DNA of 53,104 bases, filler included, from Sphacelaria rigidula (taxonomy: Eukaryota), in assembly GCA_964200075.2 (NCBI GenBank). It is 4 parts of 4 records of this genome, joined end to end, with 100 filler letters (N's around TTAATTAATTAA, not from the genome) between each part and the next. Parts side by side here need not be neighbours in the genome. Positions count along the whole stretch, not along the records: positions 1 to 13,203 come from CAXNAA020003068.1; positions 13,304 to 26,504 come from CAXNAA020003069.1; 2 more parts are not named here. One strand, 5' to 3'. The notes below the pieces were generated by a model. It was not told where the DNA came from. It saw only the letters and a program-made list of their open reading frames with translations, and did no database searches. The position numbers and the translations under genes are program-made. Below are positions 11,951 through 24,273 of the stretch, piece by piece (within the stretch, counting starts at the first letter, position 1; the number at the start of each line of letters is the position of its first letter).

Positions 11951-13203
11951 GTGTGGGGTTCTGTCGGGTTCATGTGCTGAATCGGCGTCATCTCCACTTG
12001 AATAGTGAACGCGAGACCCAGGTTGACCACCCTGGCGGTCAAGGGGTTACAAGCACTTGAAGATAAAAGTATCAGCTCACGCTGTGTCAGCGGTGTGGCG
12101 GTTTATGTTGCCTGGACAGGTTTTGGAGCCTAACACTATGCTGAAGCGCTGCACGATGTAGTACGGTTAATGACAGGGCTGTCTTCTCTTCCCCCTGCCC
12201 CCCGTGCTCCTTCCCTTCGTTCTATAAGTATTAACAAGAATCACATCACGCCAAACGTCTGGAGAGGGTGACCTCTTCCTGCCAGCACTACCGTAAAGTA
12301 AGCGTCATACCGCCAAGGATGGGCACCTGGATCTTGCGTTCATTTTGAAAGTAAAATATATCACAATGTCACATCAAATCCACCCGGGGGGTAACACTTG
12401 CCCTATGGTATCCCAATCAACGAGTCGAGTTTCTGTCGTAGCGGACGGGTGCGTACAGACGACACATCCCCAACACGGCGGTACCGACATACTCAACACA
12501 ACCAAGATGAGAGCAAGATACAGTCGCGATGGTGTCGTCTGTTCGTCTACACGCCACGCGCTCCAGCGGCTGCGCTTTTTTTCAGGGAAAGTTGTCGGCG
12601 TTCATTACATATCAACACATGCAGGTAGGGAGACAAGGTTACTCCGACTCAGACCTCTCGCCCGACGTTTTCCGTAGCCCCCTCTGGCCTGTGGTTTATT
12701 TTCATTTGATTTTACTGAGGCCGGTAGGGTTGAGTGTGAGACTCTTGCGAGTGGTCCACTTTCCCTAACCAATGCTCCTCGGCGACATGTACGATTCGTG
12801 CCAAAGGTGTTACATTGGGTGCTTTATATCCCAGTGTCATGACTCATGACCTCCTCGTCACGGCACGTCACGCGCTCACATCATACACCGGACGATGACT
12901 GAAATTTGAGGTGTTAGGGATGCGCTCTGAAATGATTGAAAAAAGAGAATATAGCCCCCTCTCTGTCAGCGGTGAGGAGATGTCTACAACCTCCGGTTAA
13001 GCCTCAACTCACGAACGTCCCATCAAAATGATGCAGTCTAAACTCGAGTGAAGACATACCAGAAAAACGGAATAAGAGATGAGTTGTCCATGATCGGAAA
13101 AATGCCGTCAAACAGCCCGGGCATTTTTCAGAGGCTATCATGCCCCCCCCCCCCCCCCCCCCCCCCCCCACTGACAACTGACTCTCCGCGCGCGCCCGAA
13201 GCT

Positions 13204-13303
13204 NNNNNNNNNNNNNNNNNNNNNNNNNNNNNNNNNNNNNNNNNNNNTTAATTAATTAANNNNNNNNNNNNNNNNNNNNNNNNNNNNNNNNNNNNNNNNN
13301 NNN
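13204..13303. other. Artificial contig linker N44-TTAATTAATTAA-N44
   Basis: Exactly 100 bp, with a six-frame stop cassette at 13248-13259. Confidence 0.98.
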
Positions 13304-13442
13304 CCATATTACCGTGCCCGCCGAATTTGTTGTGCGGCTCCCCCCCCCTTTGCGCCCCTCCTTCAAAACACACAATCCCCCCCCCCCCCCCCCCCTCTAT
13401 CGTAGCATGGCTCCCAGGGGATGCTACACTACCTCTTCATAC

Positions 13443-13562
13443 CTCGACGAGTTTGGACGTGATGTACATGAAGCCGAGGTCGGTCTTCAGCACCTCCGCT
13501 ACCCCGGGCTTCTGCACCTTAATCACCACATCTTCGCCCGTCTTCAGCTTGGCCTCGTACAC
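13443..13562 (-). CDS. ABC1K9: ABC1/UbiB atypical kinase, exon 6 (last visible; the gene runs off the contig)
   Basis: cag|...|gtatga, 120 nt, phase 0-0. VYEAKLKTGEDVVIKVQKPGVAEVLKTDLGFMYITSKLVE contains the ABC1 VxxKVQxPG lysine motif. Confidence 0.93.
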
Positions 13563-14973
13563 CTGTTACGCGTGCATCGAGAATATCCCGGGCAAACGTT
13601 CATTGGATGAAAACAACTGGGCTGCGAGAGATCGTGCTGATCAAATGTTGGATCATGACCATGTGTCAGTCGTGTATCCCACGGGGGAGATGGATGGATG
13701 GAGTGACGATCTCTTTGAGACTATGGATTTGCCCCGGGGAAAGAGAGAGATGAACAGGAAAATGAAAAGTGATGATAATCATAGCTCGACAGGCCTACTT
13801 ACCAGCCCCGAGGCTGTCCGCCTCGAACTGCTGTCATTGTCCATCGCTGCCCACGTCATTGTCATACTTCCTACTGGGTGCGCGTACCCCTTCCAGCAAG
13901 TCCTGTTCAAACTACTATCTACGACACGTATGACACGTCCCGTAAACTCCGTCAGAGCAAGAGGCTATTACCCATACATTCAAGCCCTGGGTAGGGTAGA
14001 GCGTACCCGCTGTCCGCGGGCCCCTCTCCCAACAACAACAACGCCAAGGGAAGAATGATGGCATAAATAACTAGGATCGTCGTCGCTGACCGCACTGTGC
14101 CTATTACAGCATGGAATCATGAAATATACCTCAGGGTCACCTCCTCTCTGATTGCGGATTTGACACACCAATTTCTGTATGTTCCTGAGGTGCTAATACT
14201 ACTCGTCGACGAAAAAAATAGACAAAAAATGTATCAAACGCACGAGTGAAAGCATATCGAGAAGGTCCACCAACTAACTGCTCATGCACAATCACGTGGG
14301 CACCAAGACATTCCGCTTTCTGTGTCGGCCGATTATTTCATTTCACTAGGGCCAGCTAGGGTCGGCGATCCAACAGGAGAGCATCGCGCGAGAACAATAA
14401 CCTGACTATGTTATCTCCATGCTCTGGAAAGGTGCTCATCTGTGTCCACGAACGGTATGCCGTTTCGTACTTGTGTGACTTGGTCTTCCTGCACCGATGC
14501 CCCTGTAGAGAATATCGCATTCAAACGGCCATTATATCTTGTAAACTGTGAGTTCAACAGCTACACGTTGGTACCTACCCGGGTACCTTAAGAAGTGATG
14601 GCACCACTTACCCATTCCACGCAAGCATGACGAAATATGTAAAATTATGTGATGATGAACATGCGCGGGATGAAGCATTTTTCGGAACGTTCTTCCGGCA
14701 CCGTGACGTCTGCAATCACGTATTCGAACACTTGACATGAAATGAAAACTGCAAAGGTTTCTTCCGGTATTTGACGGTATAAGGCTTCTACACCGAACTC
14801 TTCGTACATGCTCCGCGACGAAAATTATCACTTCAGTAAGATGGAATTCTTCGTGGATAATAACTGGTAGAACAGACATACGAAGCAAGTGGTACGTGCA
14901 AAACTACAAGCTTAGTCCTTTCCTCACTCATTGCTATGTTTCATCGAGCGTCACAAGAGAGATATATCAGCAC

Positions 14974-15074
14974 CTGAGCTATGGAAGCGGAAGCCAATGG
15001 TCGCGTGTTGATGGACGAGAAAACCTCCGTGACTCGCTTGCCGAGGTCCTGCTCGATGATCGGTCGCATAGTGC
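14974..15074 (-). CDS. ABC1K9: ABC1/UbiB kinase exon 5
   Basis: ggcag|...|gtgctg, 101 nt, phase 1-0. TMRPIIEQDLGKRVTEVFSSINTRPLASASIAQ contains the UbiB-family Ala-rich loop ASASIAQ. Confidence 0.93.
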
Positions 15075-16424
15075 CTGCCATGTGTGTGCACGAACAGCTC
15101 AGGACATTTTTGTCCCGACTATCGCCATGCTCCAGGGGAAATACAAGTGATATACCACATGTAACCTCCTTTGGGTGCTTCCACTGTAGCGTCTGGTCAC
15201 TCATGGGCATTTCGGGACCACCATTCGAGTGAAGAGAACTGCTACACATCGTTGCGACGGGAAAAAAAACGGTGATTTCGGGTTCGCCTTGCCCATCTTG
15301 CGAAAATAAACAGACTCCAGTTGGTGGGAAAATAAGCCCCCTCAACAAGCTAAAAAGCCTAATGTTTCAAGTAACAGGACCCGTAAAACCGCAGTACAAC
15401 AATACCAGAATTTCTTTGGAGCACTCGAGTTGAAAGACAGACGACTCGTGCCAGTTAGGAGGACAAGGGCGAGAGTCATCATCTGGAGAAGCCTCCCGTA
15501 AAAAGCGTGTACTATCTTGTTTACCGCTTCTTTGTTCGTCTTAAAATGATTCAACAAAGTTCACCTACGCGCCAGCGGAAAGCGGCGGTGGTCATGTTCC
15601 ATTGTTACCGCGGTTACTCGGGTTTGAGGCTTCACGTACAATCCTCCGAAATGACCAGTACAATTACCATTCACTGCCGAACGATTGGGTATGGATATCT
15701 CTCTGCATTCACTATTTGTATTCCTGTTCTTTCAACCCTGATTTCCCTTTATCGGGCTTAGTCAGTCCGTCGCCTGAACCGACTCTTCATCCCTGTCTCG
15801 GTACCCGTGTATCATTTTGTTGTCGACAATGGGATCACCACCTCCGCACCCCATCGACTCTCGTCGATTTTTCATTGCTACTCGCGTCCCAACGCTTTCA
15901 ACGACGGAAGCCAGACTTTGCTCAAAAAGACACCATCTGTCGCGAGATACGAACCCGCGACATTCCACCTTAACTAGCTCTTGGTGTACCATTTTCATTT
16001 AGCAACACCAGGATGCGGCGACTGTGCCGACAGAAAACAGGGAGGTGCCAGTCCTGATTCAATTTTCATGATATTTGACTTGAAGATGAGAGTCTTGTTG
16101 CGAAGATAGCGATGCCGCTCAGCACCACAACTCAAAACACAAGCCGCAGGTAACACCGTCTAAGACCTCCAGATGTTGAGTTTGGGGGTCGATAATATCA
16201 CAGTAATTTCCCTGGAGCACCACGCGGTAACAGTAAAAACGATACTGTACTTGACAGTATATACGAACTCTGGGTGGTTCTTGGGACCCGAAAACTCATC
16301 ACTCGAGGGTGGTATTTGGTGCGACGGTGAGGGGGGCGGTGCTCTACCATGTACCCTTTGACAGTAATGTAGACACCGACGTGGTGCAAAAAAGAGGCAA
16401 ACCTTCATCACCCGGGAGTATTTC

Positions 16425-16545
16425 ACGTGTTTTACAGGGGTGTTATACTACGTATCGATGACGTACACCATGAACTAGGGTAGTACGTGTTGTACACGTG
16501 GTGCTATACTACGTATGGGTGATATACACCATGAACTAGGGTAGT
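16425..16545 (+). repeat. ~60-bp tandem duplication in an intron, next to the exon 4 donor
   Basis: ACGTGTT...TATACTACGTAT...TACACCATGAACTAGGGTAGT occurs twice. Confidence 0.85.
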
Positions 16546-16553
16546 GCACTCAC

Positions 16554-16650
16554 TCCATGGAACGGCCTCCGTCTTGTCCAAGCACTTCTGGAATTCCTTC
16601 ACATACTCGGGGGGGAAAAGAGTCGGACTGCTCGCCACGAACTGACCGAC
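16554..16650 (-). CDS. ABC1K9: ABC1/UbiB kinase exon 4
   Basis: tgcag|...|gtgagt, 97 nt, phase 0-1. VGQFVASSPTLFPPEYVKEFQKCLDKTEAVPW completes the KxGQ motif with exon 3. Confidence 0.93.
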
Positions 16651-18674
16651 CTGCACAAGTTTAAAGAGAGCGAGACGCACGGATCGACACCATGATCGGG
16701 CAAAGACGGCCGTGTGTGTGTTCATGAGTAGGCCGAAATATACCAACACTCTCTCCAGTCCCTCTCGTACGTGTGCTGTGTAATGATTAAGGGATGTTGC
16801 CACATGCCTCGGAGAATATGCTGCACTCCTGTTCATGATGTTAGTTTCCTAATTTTCCATCCAAGTCGTTATTTTCGAACACGCACTCGGCTGCGGGTAT
16901 CTTTTTAAAGGGGAGACAGGATGCATCGGAATCTACGGCGCTGCTGAGCGCCAAATGTATCATTGAAAAACATTTTTTGCGGAAATATCCGCACAAACCT
17001 ACCTGCCCAACTCCCAGAGACGGTCATCAGACATTAGCTCGTGTCAACACACCGATATTATCCTCCGTCAACTATCATATTCGGGTCAAATTTGTGCTCA
17101 ATAAGTAGGATTTCAGGAGATAACGGTTGATATATACATAGCTGAAGAGATACATCAGTGTTGTCGTTCACAGTAGCCACCACTTACACAGAAAAATGAA
17201 CCCTATCGGAACCTTGCAGACAAAATCTTCATTCTCACTTGAACCCTCTGGGAAAGGCAGACATTGAAACAAGGAACGGGTCGTTCACGAAAATACTTTT
17301 CACCTTCGTGCTGTTGGGGCAATACGGGGGGGAAGCCGGTAGTCGTGGGGAGGGGGTGTTATTACCAATATTCTTGTCCAAGAATATATTTCTGCGGCTG
17401 TAGCGCAACTAATAGCTCGAAACTACAAATTTTGATGTTGGATAATTGTTCACAACGATGGGGACTGGTGTGACCAAACGAATGTATCGAAGAGCCAGAG
17501 CCTGAGGCTGTGTATTCGTAGGATTCCCACAAGACCGGTTAGCCCTCAAGCCATGCCAAATTTCCGTTGCAATATTTCTATCATCGACATCTAGTTTCGG
17601 GTGCTCATATCTCTCCATCGTTTCACCTTTTGGTATTGGACGTTCACGACGAGAAGTGATGGTAGTCGAAGACTTGGATGTTCATTTTCACCCGACATCA
17701 ACCGTGTAAATAGTTACTACGATATTGAGTATTATATCAAGCCAATTTCGGCGCCTGATATGCATTCCTACCAATAATACACCTTTTTGTGGTGGAAGGC
17801 ATCCGTGGACACCCAGACAATCGAGCGTTCAACCTTCGAGCGTGACGTCATGTTTGCAACGACATGCCGCTTCACAGCCCCCGCGAAAATGAGGTGTGTG
17901 TATGTGGGGGGGGGGGGGAGATGATGTTCGAGTGGGACAGGAGTCATACTGAAATCACCTGTATCGTACATGAACCATTTACTTGTTGAACTGGGTCACA
18001 AATCGATGTTTAGTACTACCATAGAATTGAGTAACGGTTTGTCACGTACGTCAACACATTTGCCCAGTTTTCCAGGGCAGCCGCCGGCTTGTGTACGAGG
18101 GCATTGCCTCGTGACTAGATGGAGCAAAGTCTACAGCAGTAGAGTTCAAATACAGTGGACTGTCGTCTGGTGTGGGCCGGTGGCTAGCGACAAGGGGGGC
18201 TTGTGTGTAGATAGTGTTCCATGCAAGTGAATTATACGCCCTTGTCCGATAGTTTGTACCGGCGTGGTACAGCAGCAAAAAATATCCCGATATACTGAGT
18301 ACCGTGGTCGTTCTAGCTGAACCTGCTGTAGTTTGCGCCTTAGGAGTCAAAATACGTCGACGCGGCACCCCCATAGTACGTATATGCAGTGTAGGGTGCT
18401 ACGTTATACCTATATAGGGTCATATGCTGCATGTTGACGGGAGTGCTTCTGATAGTCCCGTGTACTGGTGGAATTTGAAGAAATTTTCGCGATAAATTCG
18501 TGTTCACACCTGCAGGCGCTAGACTAGAGCGTTACTGAAATCATTATCCATTGAGCAATAACCTATTCATTGTACTTCTTTTTTTTCAACTCTTCACTTT
18601 TTTTTCCTGGTCTACTCTGTCTGTTTTACCCTTCATGCCGTCTTCACTTTTCTTCAGCGAGTTTTCGTTTTGGT

Positions 18675-18751
18675 TTGTTTCGAGTACGTCCATCACGTCA
18701 ACACGGCTGGATCCCTGGGGTATTCAGTGAAAGTGTGACAATCAATCAAAA
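18675..18751 (+). mobile_element. 3' tail of a non-LTR element (SINE/LINE-like) ending in CAAT repeats
   Basis: CACGGCTGGATCCCTGGGG...CAATCAATCAA is shared with 23110-23190. Confidence 0.55.
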
Positions 18752-19058
18752 TCCACCATATCAAAGCTGGTGAGCGGTGAGGCGGTAATAGTTGGTGCCT
18801 AGTACCAACAAATACGACTCGATCCGGTATTCTGCGTCGGCTTGATACTCCGGTACCAGCACACTGTTGTTTCTGTTGTTGTTGTTGTTGTCTTCACATT
18901 AAAAATCGTTCCGATATCTGCGCGGTACATTCATACTGGGTAACTGATGCGAACGCCTTCTGTGATCACAGGCTAGCAAAAAAACAAAAAAACAACATAG
19001 ACCCAAAGTACACTACCCTAGTTAGTGAGGCGTCCAAGCATACCGCATTCCTTGTCAC

Positions 19059-19203
19059 CTTGATGTAGGTGGCACCCATTCGTTCGCACAGTTTCCGTAA
19101 TGCCGAGGGGGGAGTTCCTTTCAGCGCGTCAACCGCTCCGGTGCCCTTGCGCATCCCGCCGAGCACATCCGTCGCCACATCTACCGCGGTCGATACAGTT
19201 GCC
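19059..19203 (-). CDS. ABC1K9: ABC1/UbiB kinase exon 3
   Basis: ttatcag|...|gtgaca, 145 nt, phase 2-0. Ends ...PPSALRKLCERMGATYIK, matching LRKLFERMGATYIKLGQF recalled for the plant At5g05200/ABC1K9 clade. Confidence 0.92.
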
Positions 19204-19755
19204 CTGATAATAGGGAGCGTCCATCCATTGATACAGCATGTATGGACACGGGCAAACACCGCGTGCTGTTGAGAATGTCGTAGAAACTGCTTGCCATTCC
19301 CGACTCGCGTAGCATTCCAAAATGGCTGTCGTGTGGAATTTCTTTGGCCGGCCATTTCAAATTTTCCACCTGACTGCGTATGTACAGGGAGTAACTGAAA
19401 AACAAGAAAATAAGCATGAACAATACAACCTTGCAACAGAACCGCGAACTCATTCTTATTCCTCAGAAGTTACGATCTCGCCCAACGTATCCACCGTCGC
19501 CACATCCGGCCCGGCCGACAGGGTCTGCGTCGAGCACGGCGACCAATCAAGCAGCCGATTAAAAATATAACGCTGGAGCAGAACAACACTGTTGCAGTTA
19601 GTGACAATGTCTTCAGGGTATCGAAATTGTGTACGCGATTCTGCGCTGCTACTGCTCTGGCATGTTCGGGCGGGTTCTACGGTCAAAGCAGGAGCGAGGC
19701 GCCGCACCTCGTATGTATTGCCTCAGGAATTTCGTCCCTTCTGAAATCTGCTTAC

Positions 19756-19846
19756 CGTGCTGCTTGGGTGGACCGCAAAGCACCCGTTCGCAGTCCTGTG
19801 TCCGCGATGACCCCCGCCGCCACGTCCAAGAAAGCTATGCCGTCAT
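19756..19846 (-). CDS. ABC1K9: ABC1/UbiB kinase exon 2
   Basis: cgtag|...|gtaagc, 91 nt, phase 1-2, which exactly bridges exons 1 and 3. Reads DDGIAFLDVAAGVIADTGLRTGALRSTQAAR. Confidence 0.85.
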
Positions 19847-20104
19847 CTACGCGGACGAACGGCGGTCGAAATGCAAGGGTTCGGCAGACAGAGGGGGTGC
19901 CGCAGAGGGTTTTCTTGATCGAACGAGCACTGAAGAAACACTGATTTTTTCGTGTTGCCGGTATCCTTGTTGATATTTTGTGTTGGCGTCGACTCTGGAA
20001 GTTCCAATTGTCATAACTCACTGTAGTGTCTATAACTGTTGTACAAACATGTGCAGTGGTAAAGGGGTGCACCACCCCCCGTGAGATAGATCGTTGAGAA
20101 ATAG

Positions 20105-20365
20105 CCACGTTCAGGTATACCTGAGCACTTTCGGTATGTTTTCAGGTGCACCCACACAGCAATGTAAATTATCTGAAGAATAACTAGACCATCAGCCGAG
20201 AAGACAAGATACCTGATCACGGGTGAAAACGCAGCAAGTATACTCGAAATTGTCTTTATTTCCAACAGCAAAAGTTGAAACTCCAACAGTATCTGAACTG
20301 GCAAGCGACAAGCACCACAACTTCGCTCTTCGCCTGTGAACGGAATCCGTAAATGCACAGAGTCG
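20105..20365 (+). repeat. Diverged repeat, inverted homolog of 22570-22833
   Basis: Colinear blocks CACGTTCA.GTATACCTG, TTTTCAGGT, GCAATGT.AATTA, ATACC.GATCACGG.TGAA, GCAGCA.GT.TACTCGAA and TGAAACTCCA. Confidence 0.75.
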
Positions 20366-22569
20366 CCTGCCCCCCCTTTTACCGCGTATGGTCTGTGCTC
20401 CGCAAGTGCGACAAGTACGGAATTCCACCGTACAACTTTGAACAGTGAACCCTCCCGACGCAAAGAGGCAGCAGATTCAGCTCTGCACCTCGCGCGTTCT
20501 TTCCTTCGCAATACCAACAGCCGCTTTCGCTACAGCAAGATTGTCCCGGACGTTTCCCTTTCGTAGACTGCGAAAAACATTCTACTGCCTCGTCGTTCTC
20601 AACCTGCGATCTGACTGGACTCAGAACAAGATGGGTTTACATGAACGACCCTCATGGATTAGCGATTACCTGTGCAGTGTCACAAACACCGCACTGAAAC
20701 TGTATTGCATTGGTGGTGGAACTGTGAAGTCTGTTCGTGCCGTGACGTGACAGTCGGCCAATGATAATCACCGACAAACGGCAGAATCACGCATGCATAT
20801 CACGCGTATTACGCGCATCGTACACATCACAAGTGGTACACGCAACATACCCCCCGTACGGAATTCAGCACGGCAAACTACACCAGCACGGGTCACGAGG
20901 TAGTACAGTAGTTGAGCGGGGACCAAGTGTTGACGCCCTGAGGAATAAAACTTTCTGATACGCAGGTACATTCATGCGTGCGGTTATGCGATTTGATGGT
21001 CGCCGTTGGCCAACTGGGCACGCCACGGGACAGACAGCCCACTTGAGGTGACGATAGCCCTGTTTCTCATTCTTTTCCTGTGCCAACGTTCAAAGTTAAA
21101 GACCAGTACAACATTTTTCAGATGGACATGGCGCGATATGACCAATGACTCGTATATATTGCACGGCTGGCTTCGGCCCTCTCAATATCAAGGTTTTCGC
21201 TCACAGAAGACGAGCCACGTGTTGAAAAGGTACAGACAGCTCTCCAGAGGTGTGGTCGAGGGTTTGGCACGGTGAAATTTTTATCCGCTTTGTTGTGATG
21301 GCGCCGGTCATTGAGATATACCCAACACCTATACTTTTAGCATAATTCAGTGCCAAGAGCGCATTTTCGAGTCAATAAAAGGTCTCTAGTGTTGAATCTT
21401 CGATCAGGGGTCAGCGTGTACAGCGCAAGGAGTCGTGCTTCATCTTTCCTCGCTCCTGACGAGAGTTTTTGTACCAAAATTTCCATGCTCGCACGTTTGA
21501 GCGAACACAGACGCATCAATTGCGAGTAGAAATATGGATCAACCTAAACATGCCGTGTCCAGAAGATTACCAAAAGTAACAAATCTCCCAAAATCTTCCG
21601 ATGAGGAAAACAACGATTTTTTATTTCGTGACACACGCCATCATAACAGCCCCAGCGCGAATCTTCGTATTTCTTTTTGCACTCGATAACACCAACAGCA
21701 TGTGTTTCAGTAAATCAAAGCTTTGCGTGTGATGATTCATTTAAGGAGAACCTGCTTCGTCCACGTTTTACTCGATACTGCTTCTCGTCTTGGGAACCGC
21801 ACATCGGGATATCTCAGGTAAACTGTGAATGCTTTTACGTCCGTTTCCTGCCATTGATATACATTGGGCTGCACGCCATTATTTCACTTGTTGACGCCAT
21901 GGCCTTGTTTGACGATGGCACAGCAATACTCGCCAGGTCAACGAGTGCTCTCTGAGGCATGCTCCTGCATGCCGTGAGTGCCACATCACCACAGAAGAGA
22001 AACACAGAGGGTGACGCTTGTGTAAGCTACAGGGCTGTGTCTTGTTGTGTTCATGTATGCCGGTGCGGAGGAGGGCAGCATCATAACACGCGCCGCTGAG
22101 CATTCGTACTTTGCACGAGTGTGTGGCATTCTTTCCCCATCCTTCGATTTTGTCGGTGGAGGTCATGACGGCGAAAATACAGGAAAAAGAACATTAATAT
22201 ACGCGGGAACAAACTAAACGGGGTCATGGCGATCCCCAACGGTGCCATCACCAGGACAGTACGGTGAAGTGCAGCACCGCACAGTTTGGGAGTGCCATTG
22301 TCTCATTATGCAGATCGCAGTCAGACCGGAGATGGGGAGCAGAGGCAGCGGAATACTTGTTCATATCCGAGAAAGACACACGCGGGACAAGATGCTGCAG
22401 CAGCAAACGGCTCTTGGTATTTGCCGAGGACGACGCGTGAGAGCAGAGATCTCAACCTGCCGCCTCTTCACGTCCGCGGGGTTTGTTATCCACAGTGGTG
22501 GGTCAAATTTGCGTAGCTTCTACGCTTGCGTAGTATGGACCGTGCGCAGCAGAGAGGCAAAACAAACAC

Positions 22570-22833
22570 CTCTCTGCGTAAACAGGTCGTCTACAGCCGT
22601 CGAGCGAAATTCCGATGCTTGCCGCTCGCCACTTTGAGGTCCAACTGGAGTTTCAGGTACAGCTATAGTGAAATGTAGGCAACATTCGAGTACACCTGCT
22701 GCTCCTTCAGCCGTGATCGGGTATGTGGTCTCATCTATACCGACCAGATGGCTGTACTTGGGGTAATTCACATTGCACCGGAGCTGTACCTGAAAATGAC
22801 CAAAAAGCGCCCCCAGGTATACTTGAACGTGAC
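22570..22833 (-). repeat. Diverged repeat, inverted homolog of 20105-20365
   Basis: The reverse complement aligns by eye with 20105-20365. Confidence 0.75.
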
Positions 22834-23109
22834 CTTCCTATACCTTCATCAACGTCGATTTCCTCGAACACTTGCACGGTACCGCAGGCACACCTGTAAT
22901 ATGAGAAAGCACTCGCTGAGGTATGCCTGTGGATATGTTCTCTGTTCAACCTTAGATTCTACTCTACTCGTCGAGGAAGTTGGGGGCGAAAAAGTGATCA
23001 TACCGCGATAATACGGGGAATGTATATATTTCTGGTTTTCTTGGTAGTCTACTCTGTTGTTTTGCTCTACCATTTCTGTTTTCTTTTTTCTTCCGCGAGT
23101 GTTTCAGTT

Positions 23110-23190
23110 TTGTTGTCTCGGGTACATCTATCGTGTGACCACGGCTGGATCCCTGGGGGGTCGGTTAAAGTAGGATAATCAATCAATCGT
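23110..23190 (+). mobile_element. Second copy of the non-LTR-like 3' tail
   Basis: CACGGCTGGATCCCTGGGG...AATCAATCAATC, as at 18675-18751. Confidence 0.55.
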
Positions 23191-23306
23191 GATTATCCAA
23201 AATTCGGTGCCTGCGGGGAACACGGTTCGTAACTAGATCTGCGGGCCACCACGAACGGTAAGTGCAGAGGTAAAAGAAAGAAGAGGTGCTGGAGTATAGA
23301 ACTCAC

Positions 23307-23583
23307 CAGCAATTTCTTTCAGTGTTCTCTGTCGCCCCTCCTCGCGTTCCTTTGCAGTCTCCTGTGATGCCCCGGTACTAGCGCGCAAAGCTAGTGACAC
23401 CTTAGCTCTACACGTTGAGCGGAGTCCGTATGATGTTGCAGATGGCGATGCTGGTACCGCGGGTGCTGCTACTGGTACAAACGCAGATGCAATTGTTGAG
23501 GGTAACACGTTGCTAGTCAGAAACATGAGCACTGCTGTCGAGACGATCATTTTCGACATCACCAATACTGAGGTGTTCCGCAT
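23307..23583 (-). CDS. ABC1K9: ABC1/UbiB kinase exon 1 with bipartite plastid-targeting presequence
   Basis: ATG at 23583, although a downstream Met is possible. A hydrophobic stretch is followed by ASA-FVP (ASAFAP-type motif) and a Ser/Ala/Arg-rich transit peptide. Donor G|gtgagt, phase 1. The six exons total 831 nt = 277 aa in frame. Confidence 0.85.
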
Positions 23584-24042
23584 CCTTCTATCGTCTTGGC
23601 GGGCTGTGAACTGTCATGACACGCCACAGCTATGAGGTGAAGGAGGGCAGTCAGTGCTACAAATACGCCACCTGACACGATTCAACTTTTCAAATCTAGT
23701 TACGCCGCATTTTTGGAGCATGGGAAATAGTCATTTTCCTCTCTTCATTGAGTCGTGATTCAAGCGTAATAAGTCCCCTTTACTGATGTTTCTGACTCCG
23801 CGGCTTCTATGCCAGTCGGTAATTGACAAAAATCATATCATGCTACTTTATCCGTGCCGAGTTCATGTTGTGGGGGATTCTGACGACCTACATCGATGAC
23901 CGTGGATCTGCAAAATTACTCAAATGTGACGTTGAAAACAAAATAAATAGCAGAACACCTCAGCCACCATGCAGCAGTACAATCTTCGCTGTACGATACC
24001 GCGGTGTGAAATACGCTGCTCGGTGGTTGACGAACACATATA
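23584..24042. promoter_or_regulatory. Putative bidirectional promoter region between two divergent plastid-protein genes
   Basis: 459 bp lie between the divergent ATGs at 23583 (-) and 24043 (+). No specific motif was identified. Confidence 0.5.
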
Positions 24043-24273
24043 ATGTCGCCTCTACTGTGCGCAGCATCTCTTCTTCTTCTCGGGAACTACGCGGCCGATG
24101 CGTTCACCATGTCAATTCGTCCCAGCAATCAGCATGTGCAGCAACCTTCTACCAGTAAAACCTCGTTACAGAGGGGGGAGTTTCTGAATCAGGTTGCGCG
24201 GGGGGCGGCGGCGGCAGCGGTAGCTGGCGGGCTCGGCGCCGCACCACTGCCTGCTTTTGCTGCTGCAAGTGAG
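24043..24273 (+). CDS. First exon of a predicted thylakoid-lumen protein (tripartite presequence; mature part not identified)
   Basis: MSPLLCAASLLLLGNYAADA-F is a signal peptide plus Phe, followed by a Ser/Gln-rich transit region, SLQRGEFL, an Ala/Gly hydrophobic stretch and PAFA (AxA cleavage site). GT donors at 24269 or 24274. Confidence 0.75.

Noticed and set aside
1-13203. Downstream exons of the ABC1 kinase
   Set aside because: No HADxHxGN or DFG-containing exon was seen on the minus strand, and the contig is unlinked.
13248-13259. TTAATTAATTAA as a biological motif or piggyBac-type target site
   Set aside because: It is centred in identical N-runs three times and is an assembly linker.
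13327-14058. 243-aa plus-strand ORF
   Set aside because: It is the antisense shadow of kinase exon 6 plus intron and poly-C sequence.
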